This document shows, one piece after another, positions 1-12,607 of a stretch of DNA of 64,000 nt (position 1 is the first letter of the stretch; every line of letters starts with the position of its first letter). A model generated the notes under the pieces. That model had not been told where the DNA came from. It searched no databases and saw only the letters and a program-made list of their open reading frames with translations. Source of the DNA: the human T2T-CHM13v2.0 reference genome, Homo sapiens; the NCBI RefSeq assembly GCF_009914755.1, contig NC_060928.1. One strand, given 5' to 3'. A program made the translations under genes and the position numbers.

Positions 1-635
1 AGCTGGTAATCATTAATATGTATTTGCTAGAATAAATACTATGCCTTGTAACCTCATTCCTCTATTTTATATTTGGATTTTTCATCTCAGTTAAAAGACA
101 AGAGTAGAGGTACTATAGGCTGCTTTACATTGTACTCCACTTCCTCTCTCTTTTCTCTCAACCTATAAAAAGATGATGGGGAAGCAGAATATCTGGCATG
201 AATCACTGCAGTATGGCTGTGATATATCTTTGTTTTATTTTTATGTTTTAAACATGAAATTCTGAATAAAAGGAATGGTCCCTTTTGTGATGTGAAGAAT
301 CAGCACTTAGAATCAGCATCGTTTAATTCTATTGAATCTCGCCACTCATCCTGTTTGCAGTGTGTTTTCCATTTATGCTGGGCGATTGGAAAAGAAGGCT
401 GCCTTCATGTGATTTTATTCCCTACGTATTTAACATGGGAGAGGATGTATTGATAACATATGGCTTTAAACAGCTTAGTGTTCAGCCTCATTTTGACATT
501 CCTCCTCATGAGAATATCTTTTGTTTTCTTTATCTGTGGTTTGGTAGAAAATCAAAAAAACATTTATCTCAAAGCCAATATGTATTGACTACTTCATACA
601 CATCATTTCCTTACAGGTTAATGTATTAGATTAGT

Positions 636-748
636 TATTATCCCCTATTGACAGGTGATGAAAATGAAACTCAGATAGGAAATAAAGTAACCAAGGTCAC
701 CTACCAAGTAAATAGTGAAGAGGGCATTTAAAACCAAGTGCCTGACTG
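636..748 (-). mobile_element. MIR SINE fragment
   Basis: Degenerate MIR core in antisense (tatcccctattgacaggtgatgaaaatgaaactcag...ccaaggtcac). Confidence 0.65.
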
Positions 749-2460
749 TAACCTGTTGTTGAACTGCAGCTGGGCACTCTACATTTGCCATTGGCTTCTG
801 GATACACAAAAAGTTACTTAGCCAGTTAAATGAATCTTACAGTTTCACCTGGCTCTCCTGATGAACTTTAACTATTGTCTACCAACCACACCCACTTTCA
901 GCTTTTATTCAACAAAGCTGCACCTGAGTGCATGATTCTCTGAGAACAGGAACAAAAACATTTTCTTCACTATATACAACATCATAAATGCAAGTCATTT
1001 TTCTCTCTCTCTCTCTCTATCTCACCAGTTACCAATCTCTTTCTCTTACATCCATGGAGATTTTGTTCTTTCTTGTCTCTTATTTGTAAGGAGAGGTGTA
1101 GCATTCCAAATAAAAATGAAGTCCTTTATACAAGGATGCAATCTCTGGTTTACCACCATTAACTCTGAATTTATTTTAAGCTGCTATAGTGATGAGTATT
1201 TGATAACACTACATCATCCACAACTTAGAAGAAGCATTTTTTGGTATGTTACTTCTGTGATTTGGTTAGGATATGTGGTTTGGACACAGTGATCATAATA
1301 GGTATATATAGAAATTGAAAAAAATAGCCATATTAACTCTTTTAGCTCATTAAGACCTTCTCTGTTTTTTGAATGAAAATTGTAATCTTCTGAAAGTACA
1401 ATTTGAATTTCTTCATTATCTCATACAAAAGGTAACAAAATATTTGCTGACATAAAATCATTATTTTTGCTGTTCAGAACATTAGAAATCTTTATACAAA
1501 CCTTCAACTTTACAGTGGCCATTTCCTAAACTTGTTTCATTAACCTAGGAACTTAGAGATGACATTAAGTATAATTTTATATATCAAAGAGTAATGAAGA
1601 CTTGGACTCAAGTCAAATTAATATTTTTATAATGAAAATGATCTGTGAGACAGCATGCCACATAGAAAGCTTTCTGGCTTTCTAATTTGTAGTGGTGCTA
1701 TTTCTTATGATGAGTTTTTTATTTAATTTAAAATAGTACAGGGCACGTACCTGGTATATACATCCATTTGGTTAACATTAAATTATGGTTAATTTATTTG
1801 CTATATCTAATCTATCAGGTTGTCATTTACATTCAGTGATGACAAGAAAACTATTATTTTTATTACATAAAAGCAAAGGCTTTTTCCCCCAAGTGTTTGT
1901 TGTAGACAATAAAAGTATAAATATTCAAGTTATGAAACAAAATTTCTCGTCATTCAATGGTTCATTTTTATAGAGCACTTCAATTAGTGATTAAAATCAA
2001 GGGTCTCCTCCCCACCAACCCCATCTAAATTGTCCCAAAACATTTTCTTATTTCACTCCTAACTTTGAATAAAAATGTGTCTGATGTTTCTGTGACCTTG
2101 GGGAATAATTTAAAGGCAGTGCAAGGAAACAAGCTGATAGTTGTAGCAGATGCAAAGTGAGAACATCTGTATTTACTCCCAGTAAATGTAGAGCCTTTCA
2201 TTAAACTGGATGGCAGAGCAGAACATCAGGAACAGTAGATATGAATGGTTGTCAACAACTTCATGTCAAGCCTAATGTCAACCAAGTATGTTATCTAAAA
2301 TCTCCTATGGGAAGATCTATTTTCACTTTTAATTAAAGGAAGAAATTCCAACCTTGTCAATGAAGAAATTTTGTGTGGAGATGCACTATTAGAAAACTGG
2401 TTCTTACTTGCAATTGCATTTGCCAACATCTTCTGTTGTAAATGGAGACTATATTGTGCT

Positions 2461-2502
2461 ACACACACACACACACACACGCAGGCACGCGCATGCGTGC
2501 AC
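2461..2502. repeat. (AC)n microsatellite with alternating purine-pyrimidine extension
   Basis: (AC)10 followed by gcaggcacgcgcatgcgtgcac. Confidence 0.85.
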
Positions 2503-3609
2503 ATGAATGTATATTTGAAATTAAAGCATAAAGACAAAGCTATTTTGTTTAATGTAGCTCTACCTCTGCATAAAAACTGATATAGAAGGAGATGCAGCCA
2601 AAGGTGTTACAGGGATCTAGATTGTAGCTTCTTTGATCCACAACTCTGGGTTGCTCTTGGTCACTGCTTATACTCTCTATGGTACACGTTTGTACTACTG
2701 AGCTTTTGAAAGAACATTTTATAATAAAATAGTAATTCACAAGCAACTGATGGGAACAGAATGTTTTTTCCTTCTTTCTTAGGGTAGAATGACTCATTTT
2801 TATCTCCTGGCTCAGTGTGAAGAAAGGACTACCCATGGATATTATTTTAAATCATATTGCAAAGTGTGCATGAAATGCTTTGTAGCTCGGGGTTTTGGAT
2901 AGAGTTGACATTGGTCTTGCAGGGAAACCATACTATTTCAATACTTCTTTTGCATTTTTTTATTTTTTAAACCAGTAGTATTTTCTGATCTATTGTATAT
3001 TTCTGTCATGCAGTCATAGCTTGTGTAGTAGATGGAGAGTCACCTCATCCCTTGGTGATTGAAGTAAGACTATCTTGATCTCCAGGTCCACAGTCCTGGG
3101 CAGGTCAAACCCTCATTCCCATGACTCATTCCTCTTGCTTTTTCTTTGTCTCCACTTCAGAAACATTGTGGACTATACAGTCCTATCCAACATCATACTG
3201 AGATGTTAAACCTCCATTATCTCCCCAACATTAGATCACACAAGCATTTTGAAGATTTAGGGTGGCAGAGGGGAGGAATAACCATACATCATGAATAATC
3301 TTTTGCAGTCTTGATAATTCAATTTGCTCATACCCCAACACTTTCCAAAGTCTTGGTTGCTGACAGAAGGCCGTTGTAGAACCCTCCCAGCAATGCGGAC
3401 CACTTCTGCTACTCAGTATTGACAGTGATCAGCCCAAGACAGATACCCTGGATCTCTGATGAATAAAATTTTCTCTGTAATATATTAATAAATCTTATTG
3501 ATAAGACTGAACTATTACTCATAACCTCTAAAAATATTGCCAATATTCAATAAAACATCCAGTCTTGGTTGATCTGAGTAAATAAGGTCCTCCAGAGAAT
3601 TGCCAAGTA

Positions 3610-3797
3610 TTTTATTTTATTTTTATAGATTTAGGGGATACTAGTGCAGTTTTGTTACATGGGTAAATTGCAGTGGTGAAGTCTGGGCTTTTAGTGTAGC
3701 CATCACCTGAAGAGTGTGCATCGTATTCATGAGGTAATTTCTCATCCTTCACCCTTCTTTCCACCCTCCCATCCTCTGAGTTTCCAAGGTCTATTTA
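3610..3797 (-). mobile_element. L1 3' end fragment (L1PB/L1MA-type)
   Basis: T-rich tail followed by gtgcagttttgttacatgggtaaattg...gggcttttagtgtagccatcacc, an antisense L1 3' UTR. Confidence 0.75.
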
Positions 3798-4440
3798 TAT
3801 GGACTCTTTGTTTGTGCTAATTTGATGAAAGTTGGAAACTTTGCTGGGAAGCAAAGATGCAACACATTCTGAAGGGTGGTTCTAAGCTGCATGCCCTACT
3901 TGTGACACCAGACAACCTCAAAGAAACTTAAAACTGAATGGTAAGGAGTTCTCCTTTTCGTGCCTTCCAAGGCAAGTGCCAGCCATCTCAGTAGGCTAAA
4001 TTTAATTATTATTTATAGGTGACACAATTATATTCTGTTCTCAAAAAAGTGTTGTAAAAAGCATACTTGAGGAATAAAATATTTATTGAAACAAACAAAG
4101 CAATTAAAATTATTGTTAACTAATTTTAAAATATAACAATAATCCAAATCCCTTTGAATTTAGATATTCTTTTAAAAATGAGAAGCACTGAGCCTAGCAA
4201 AGTGAATCTAGAAGGGTATTATTAGATTGACATTGTAGAAAAGCACTTTCATCTGGTTTTTTAATGTGCAGCTAGAGGGATGGCCTGTGGATACTGGGCA
4301 GAAAGAGACAGAAGACAGTAAATGTTTGGGAACAAAACCTACATTTTGAGTGGGTTTCTTTTTTAATCTGCAGAAAGTCATTTCCAGATATATTTGCCAT
4401 TTTACTAGACTTTGTTTTTTCTTGCATTACTTTATGCTGC

Positions 4441-4804
<364 letters not shown>

Positions 4805-5324
4805 TAATCCGACAGAGTCAGTCCCCCTATTTTCAATCCCAGAAATGTGCTTATTTTGATGCTGTTTTAAAATGTATCGTTTCTGAATCATTTAAATTCC
4901 CGATTCCATTTTAACTATATTGATATTTCTCCAGCTGCTCTCTGTACTGGCTTAACATGCAGAGGATTTTTTATTCAGTGCAATCTCTCAGGAAGGGATT
5001 CTAAGTTCTAGTGTCAGAGTGAGACGTAGTCTGGGATGGGGGCAAACGTGTCAAAAGGCAACACTGAGAAAGGAAGAAGGACAGGGAGAGAGACTCCTGT
5101 TCATGCCTCAGGATATATTCAATGGGAAAGACAGGAGAAGCTGCTCCAGTTTCCTTTTGCTTAAATTTCTTGATTTAGCATCACATTCTCTGTGGTAGAA
5201 GGAAACATCATTACAGATTGACCCTGAGGCAGGAAGAAAACAACACTGTGGCTCTTAAAAATGAAAGAGAACTGAACTGTGGTGTTTGAATATCCCCCTC
5301 GTCTGTATCCTTTGTCTTGGGCCT

Positions 5325-5405
5325 CCCACACCGGGGCGCGGGTTCAGCAAAGCCTCAAAGAGCCAGCAGGCAACCCTGGAGTTAGCAACAGCGCCCCCTG
5401 ACTCA
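5325..5405. promoter_or_regulatory. Candidate regulatory element (CTCF-like core overlapping AP-1 site, GC box)
   Basis: agcgccccctg (5390-5400) matches part of the CTCF core; TGACTCA at 5399-5405; ccggggcgcggg at 5331-5342; retained CpGs in an AT-rich context. Confidence 0.4.
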
Positions 5406-5749
5406 CACTGGGTGTTCTCTTTGTAGGTCTCTAATCTAATAAATAATTCAGCCTGACTCTGATGAATTGATGAGCCCCATGGGGTATTACAGCCCACAAA
5501 TAGGCAGTCTGAGGTCTTTCGAATGGCTGCGAAGCATTGGAAGAATTTTCTGGAAATGTTTTTGAAAACTTTTCACCCACATACAATCACAATATTTTAA
5601 AACAAACTTCCACTTCTTCTATATCGCTACTACACTTCGTTGAAATTGCTTGTTTAATTACCTGAAAGGTTTTGGAAAACAAGAACCATGTCTATCTTTC
5701 TCTCTATTCCATCCTCAGGATCTAGTGTAGTCCTAAGCATTTAGCTTAG

Positions 5750-5965
5750 TGTGTGTGTGCATGTGTGTGTGTGGATGTAGTATGTTTGTGTGTGTAGACA
5801 TGTGTATATAGATGCATATATATAATCCATATATACCTATATCTATATGTCTATATCTATAATGTACATCTGTATATATCTACATATATCTGTATCTATA
5901 TCATCTATATTTATGCCTATATCTATATCTGTATATCAACATCTATACTTACACGTATGTCTATA
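5750..5965. repeat. (TG)n/(TATC)-like low-complexity tract
   Basis: Directly visible degenerate di- and tetranucleotide repeats. Confidence 0.8.
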
Positions 5966-6482
5966 TCAATATTTATTGAGCTCTTATTATTCTATTCCAG
6001 ACATTTCTGTATATCACACATACTTCAAGTTTTTTTAAATACATGTATATACCCATGAAATAGGCATTGCTTCAGAGAGATTATACATCTTCCCAAAAGA
6101 CATATGTGAGTTTGTGGTTGGGCTACAGTTCAAGTTTTCTGTGAATTCGAAGCTATTTTACATTGACTCTTGTATGGTGAGAAAGTATATTTACTCTAAT
6201 TATGTTTCTTGGTAAAAGAAATGGCATTACAGCAAATTAATGAAAACTTGTGTTCTCAACTCATTTTTCTAAAAATAGTAACACTTGTAAATGTAAATAT
6301 AAATACGAGTAGTCATTATTCAGCATTATTGGGCATTGGTTTCCATTTACTCCTAGTGCCCCAATAAAGTGACATTAAAAGAATAAATCACACAAGCATA
6401 AAAGAAACGGAATTTAGAGATTGGGGAAGATACGATAATTTAACAAATTTCCAAAAGATAGATGATTGATAAAACTTCATAA

Positions 6483-6827
<345 letters not shown>

Positions 6828-7357
6828 TAGAATAATCTTTTATGGCATTTTTGCATACCTGCCACACAGATTGCTGATACTTAAAGTATAATATAAAGAG
6901 GCATCATGGCTTTTAAAACAATGGATATGATAAAATAATGCCAATAGAAGATTTTTCTATATGCGAATTACATGGGGATGAGACAGGCTGCCTGGCACTG
7001 CTGCAGCCCCAAACCCATAGCGCGTAGGAAGTCAGGCATTTACCCCCGCAACAAGCAAATTCTAGAAATGATTTCTTTAAAAGGAATAAAAGGCGACTTC
7101 ACTGGAAAAAACTATTGCTTCTAGAGGAGACACTAGAACTTAAGGGATAAATGTAGCATTTTGATGGAACTTTTCCAAAAGCAGGTTTGCCTACCACCTG
7201 TTTATCGCAGGTAGGAAGCTGCTGAACAAAACATGGAGCTTTCAGACAATGTAAGTTCTTGAAGGGTCAAAGAAGGAAATTCACACAGCTAACTAGGTAT
7301 AATGACCCAGAAGTCCATTCTTAAACATGAATTGAAAACCAAAACTAGCCAAACAAA

Positions 7358-7897
7358 TGAGAGGCAAAGCCAGCTGGACTTCCCTGAGTCGAGTGAGGGG
7401 ACTTGGAGAACTTTTCTGTCTTACAAGAGGATTGTAAAATGCACCAATCAGCACTCTGTAGCTAGCAAGAGGATTGTAAAATGCACCAATCAGTGGTCTG
7501 TAAAAACCAGTCAGTGCTCTGTAGCTAGCAAGAGGATTGTAAAATGCACCAATCAGCGCTCTGTAAAACGCACTAATCAGCAGGATCCTAAAAGTAGCCA
7601 ATCGTAGGGAGGATTGAAAAAAGGGCATTCTGATAGGTCAGAAACAGAACGTGGTGGGGGGGGGGCACAAATAAGGGAAGAAAAGCTAGCCACCCCAGCC
7701 TGCAGCAGCAACCTGCTCGGGTCCCCTTCCACGCTGTGGAAGCTTTGTTCATTCGCTCTTCACGATAAATCTTGCTGCTGCTCACTCTTTGGGTCCATGC
7801 CATCTTTAAGACCTGTAACACTCACCTGAAGGTCTGCGGCTCCATTCTTGAAGTCAGCGAGACCATGAACCCAGTGGAAGGAATCAACTCTGGACAT
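7358..7897 (+). mobile_element. Solo LTR12-family (ERV9) LTR, short LTR12F-like
   Basis: Starts tgagaggcaaagccagctggactt; tandem units ggattgtaaaatgcaccaatcagc with CCAAT boxes; ends gaatcaactctggaca. Confidence 0.9.
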
Positions 7898-10800
7898 AGT
7901 AACATGGAACAGAAATAAGATCAGTAGTACATACACACACACACACAGACACACACGCACACACACAACCCAAATCTATACAAAAGGAATGAGAGCTCTG
8001 AAAGAGCAATGTCAGAAAATAAGAGAGATTAGATGTAAACAAATTAGCATATTAGATGATAAATGCAATTTACTTTGTGTGTGTGTGCATAGAGAATGAT
8101 TATTTTAAAAACTGGCATTTTACACCACTTAGGAATTCAGCTGATTTTTACTATTTCAACACTCAGATGATCATTCAGAAAGGCATTCAAAGGGTGTTTT
8201 TTTTGTTGTTTTTAGTTTTCTTTTTGGAAATTAGACCAAAATTTTTATTTTAAATATTTCTCATATTTCCTGAATCAAGATTCTTCTTCTCTTCTCTATG
8301 TACTCAATGACTCAGTTGGCTAGAATAAGAAATGGTTTATTGTGGACAGTATTGTTATTTAGAAAATATATCTAATTGACCTTAGTCATTAAATTAATCC
8401 AGTATTTTAAATTCTATTTAAATATCATGTAGTCATTCACCAGTCTTTGTTGACTCGAATTCTTCATAGACCTAGAGAGAATTAAAAAAACTAATCTGAC
8501 TGTATCCCTTATAGCCTTGAGATCCTTCAATGGCTTTGTCTCTAGGAATCCCATGATCTTGCACTGCCAACTTTTGTTAAGATGAATATTGTATTACTTT
8601 TGGAGTAAAAATAATAAATTTCTTAAAAATGGTTGATTTATATTCTTCAGGACTTCTTGTAGAATAGTCAAGCACCATCTCCCCTGTCTTTTCTCCCTAA
8701 CCTCCTCACAAACTGATGCCCTAAACTGTTCAACCTAGGAAATCAAGGAATTAAAAAGAACCTGCAGATGACCATTTTTTTGTAGCGAGTCTACCCTACT
8801 CCACTTGACTGTTGAGGGTCATAGTGCCATAGTCCCACTGCAGAGTAGATAAGAGAAAGGCAGAGCTGAAATAAGGGTTCATTATTGCTGCTTCAAAATC
8901 ACTTGGAGCAATAGAAAAATAATCCGGAAGAGAAAAAATGAACACTGTGGGAAAAGGAGTAACAGAATGAAGATATAACCTCTGGGAACTTCATAATATT
9001 GTCCAGAGAAAGCCTTCATTCTACCATTTAAAACAGTGTCTCATAACACCTTTGCACACATGGTTCACAGATTGCTGATCCTCACAAGAGTATAAAGAGG
9101 TACCCAGGTTTTTAAAACAGTAGAACAATATAATAAAATAATGTTAACATTTTTTTCTATATGTAAATTAGATGGGGATTAGGTGGTGGTGAGATTTGTA
9201 AGAAGTTGTAATCATCTGAGAAAATAGGGGCTGGGTGAGAATTGTTTCTAGAAAAATACTGTACTAAAGCTATCATTCAGACTTAACCTGACCAAATTGC
9301 TAGAAATAGAGCAATATTTTATTTTGTCACTCTTCTGTATTGAAATTTTCATATTTTTAAACTGAATAAGAGTATTTAAATTTTTCTCTCCTAAAACTTG
9401 GTCTCAAAAACTCATTTATGTGATGAGATTATTGCATCTTGTTAAAATTTCTTGACTTGGTTACAATTTGTGGTCTCTTGTTTGCTTTCCTGGGCTTTTG
9501 AATCTCTTGATTTATTACAGCTGCTACCACAGAAAAATAAAGAATCATTAGAGACTCTTACAAATGATTATACACCAGCAAATTGGAAAACCTAGAAGAA
9601 ATAGACAAATTCCTGAACACATACAACCTGCTAAGATTGAATCATGAAGAAATAGAAAACCTGAGCAGACCAATAATAAGTAACGAGATTGACTCAATAA
9701 TGAAAATGCCTCCCATCAAAGAAAAGCCCAGTGATGGCTTCACTGCTAAATTCTACCAATCATTTAAAGAACTAATACCATGGCTTCTTAAACAATTCCA
9801 AAAAATTGAAGTGGAGGGAATTCTTCCAAACTCCTTCTACCCTGAGTTAAGTAAAGAATGAGTTAAGTAAAGAATCTACCCTGATATCAAAATTAGACAA
9901 GAAAACAACACAAAAAGAAAACTATAAACCAATATCTTTGACATTGGGTAGTATCATCTTTTTAACAATGTATTCCAATACATGAATATAGACTACCTTC
10001 CCATTTAACTGTGTCCTTTTCCATTTCTTTCATCAATGTTTTATAATTTTTATTGTAAATACATTTCACTTCATCAATTAAATTTATTCCTACATAAATA
10101 TAGATGCAAAATCCTTAACAAAATACTAGTAAATTGACTCTAGCAAAAAAACTAGTAAACTGATCTTTTGATCATTAAAAAAGATCATTCACCATGATCA
10201 AGTGGGATTCATCTCACGGATGCAAGAATGGTTTAACACAGGCAAATCAATAAACACCTTACATCACATTAACAAAATGAAGGACAAAAACCAAATGATC
10301 ATCTCAATAGATGCAAAGAATGCATTTGATAAAATTCAATATTCCTTCCTGATAAAAGCTTTTAACAAACTAGGGATAGAAGGAAAGAACCTCCACACAA
10401 TAAAGGCTATAGGTAACAGTTAACATCTTATTGAATGGGAGAAAATTGAAAGTTTTCCTTTGAGATGTGGAACAAGATAAAGATGCCTACTTTCACCACT
10501 TTTATTTAACATATCACTGGAAGTCCCAGCCAGAGCAACTGGACAAAAGAAAGAAAGAAAGGCCATCCAAATTGTGAAGGAGGAGTTCAAATTGTCCCTG
10601 TTTGCAGACAATGTAATCTACAAGTGCTGTCAAAAAACTTTTAGAACTAATGAACCAATTCAGTAAAGTTGCAGTATATGAAATCAACATACAAATATAG
10701 GAAGTGTTTCTAGATGCCTATAGTGAACTATCTCAAAAAGAGATCAAGAAAGCAATCCCATTTACAATAGCTACAAAAATACTATCTAGGAATATATTTA

Positions 10801-11680
10801 ATCAATGAAGTGAAATCAATTTACAATAAAAATTATAAAAAGTTGATGAAAGAAATTGAAAAGGACACAATTAAATGGGAAGATATTCCATGTTCATGGA
10901 TTGGAATATATTGTTAAAATGATGAAACTACCCAAAGAGATCTACAAATTCAATATAATACTAATCAAAATATCAATGACATTCTTCGTAGATATAGAAA
11001 AAAATCCTAAAATTTGTATAGAACCTAAAAAGACCCTGAATAACCAAAGCAATCTTTAGCAAAAAGAACAAAGCTAGAGGCATCACACTACCTGACTTCA
11101 AAATATACTGCAAAGCTACAGTAACCAAAATATCATGGACCGGCATAAAAACAAACTCATAGACCAATGAAATAGAATACAGAACCAGAAACAAATTCAC
11201 ACATTTACATCCAATTAATTTTCACAAATGTCCCAAGAACACACATTGGGGAAGGGACAGTCTCTTCAATAAATGGTACTGGATAAACTGGACATTCACA
11301 TGCAGAATGATGAAACTAAACCCCCATTTCACACCACATACAAAAATCAACTCAAATGGATTGAAGACTTAAATGTAAGATCCAGAACTATAAAACTACT
11401 AGAAGGAAAGAGGGAAAATGTTTTATAACACTGGTGTGGACAAGGATTTTTTTGGATAAGACCTCAAAAGCACAGGCAACAAAAGCAAAAATAGACAAAT
11501 AGGATTACATCAAACTAAAAAGCTGCACACAAGAGAAACAATCACCAGAGTGAAGAGAAAACCTACAGAATGGGAAAAAGTATTTGCAAGTGATCCATCC
11601 AACAAGGGATTAATATTCAGAATATATAAGGAACTCGAACAAATCAATAGCTAAGAAAACAAAATCCATTGAAAAATGAG

Positions 11681-12607
11681 GAGACGCTCTTCACGTAGAG
11701 TGTCCACGGTTTCCTGTTTCAACAGTGCTTGGAGGAACCAGGGCTTGTCCTTCACCCTGGCCTGTGGCTCACAGCCAGCCTTCCAGCACCTCCTCACCGC
11801 GCCGTGGGACCACCCCAAGGCCCCTGCCGGCTCCAGCGCTGCGCAGCCTCTGTGGCCTCGGCCTCTCCTTAGCCCCGCCATGAGGATCGGCGTTCTCACA
11901 GGTGCCAGAACTACCACCAGGACTCAGAGGCTGCCATCAACTGCCAGATCAACCTGGAACTCTACACCTCCAAGTCTACTTGTCCATGTCTTACTACTTT
12001 GACCGCGATGATGTAGCTTAGAATAACTTTGCCAAATACTTTCTTCACCAATCTCATGAGGAGAGGGCACATGCCAAGGGAACTGATGAAGCTGCAGAAC
12101 CAACGAGGTGGCCAATCTTCCTTCAAGATATCAAGAAACCAGACTGTGATGACTGGGAGAGCTGGCTGAATGAGATGGAGGGTGCATGACATTTGGAGAA
12201 AAACATGAATTAGTCACTACTGGAACTGTACAAACTGGCCACTGACAAAAATGACCTCCACTTGTGTGACTTAATGGAGACAAATGTGTCCTGGATGGAT
12301 TTTCACCTGAAGGAGCAGGTGAAATCCATCAAATAATTGGATGACCACAGTGACCAACTTGCACAAGACGGGAGCACCCAAATCTGGCTTGGCAGAATAT
12401 GTATTTGACAAACACACCCCCCGAGACAGTGACAATGAGAGCTAAGCCTTAGGCTAATTTCCCCATAGCCATGGGGTAACCTCCCTGGTCACCAAGGCAG
12501 TGCATGCATGCTGGGGTTTCCTTTACCTTTTTTTGTAAGTTGTACCAAAACATCCACTTAAGTTCTTTGATCAGTTTCATTCCTTCAAATAAAAACAATT
12601 TGGTACC
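11681..12607 (+). pseudogene. FTH1P: Processed ferritin heavy chain 1 pseudogene (5' UTR with IRE, disabled CDS 11880-12445, 3' UTR)
   Basis: Intronless match to recalled FTH1 mRNA: agacgctcttc 5' end, IRE, cagaactaccaccaggactcagaggc, ...gacagtgacaatgagagctaa, AATAAA at 12588-12593. Frameshifts and stops (e.g. gct tag). Near-TSD gaaaaatgag / aaaaaatggg within the L1. The pseudogene number cannot be determined from sequence. Confidence 0.97.
11708..11739 (+). promoter_or_regulatory. Degenerate iron-responsive element (IRE) hairpin
   Basis: ggtttcc-tgt-ttcaa-CAGTGC-ttgga-ggaacc: loop and upper stem intact, bulge C replaced by T (11717), opposite C deleted relative to recalled FTH1. Confidence 0.9.

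Noticed and set aside
7425-7580. Regularly spaced direct repeats resembling a CRISPR array
   Set aside because: These are the normal U3 enhancer repeats of LTR12; spacers are not unique and the DNA is human.
11676-12002. 108-aa ORF over the FTH1 pseudogene
   Set aside because: Starts in L1/TSD sequence, crosses the 5' UTR and is out of frame with ferritin; the ferritin frame itself has frameshifts and stops.
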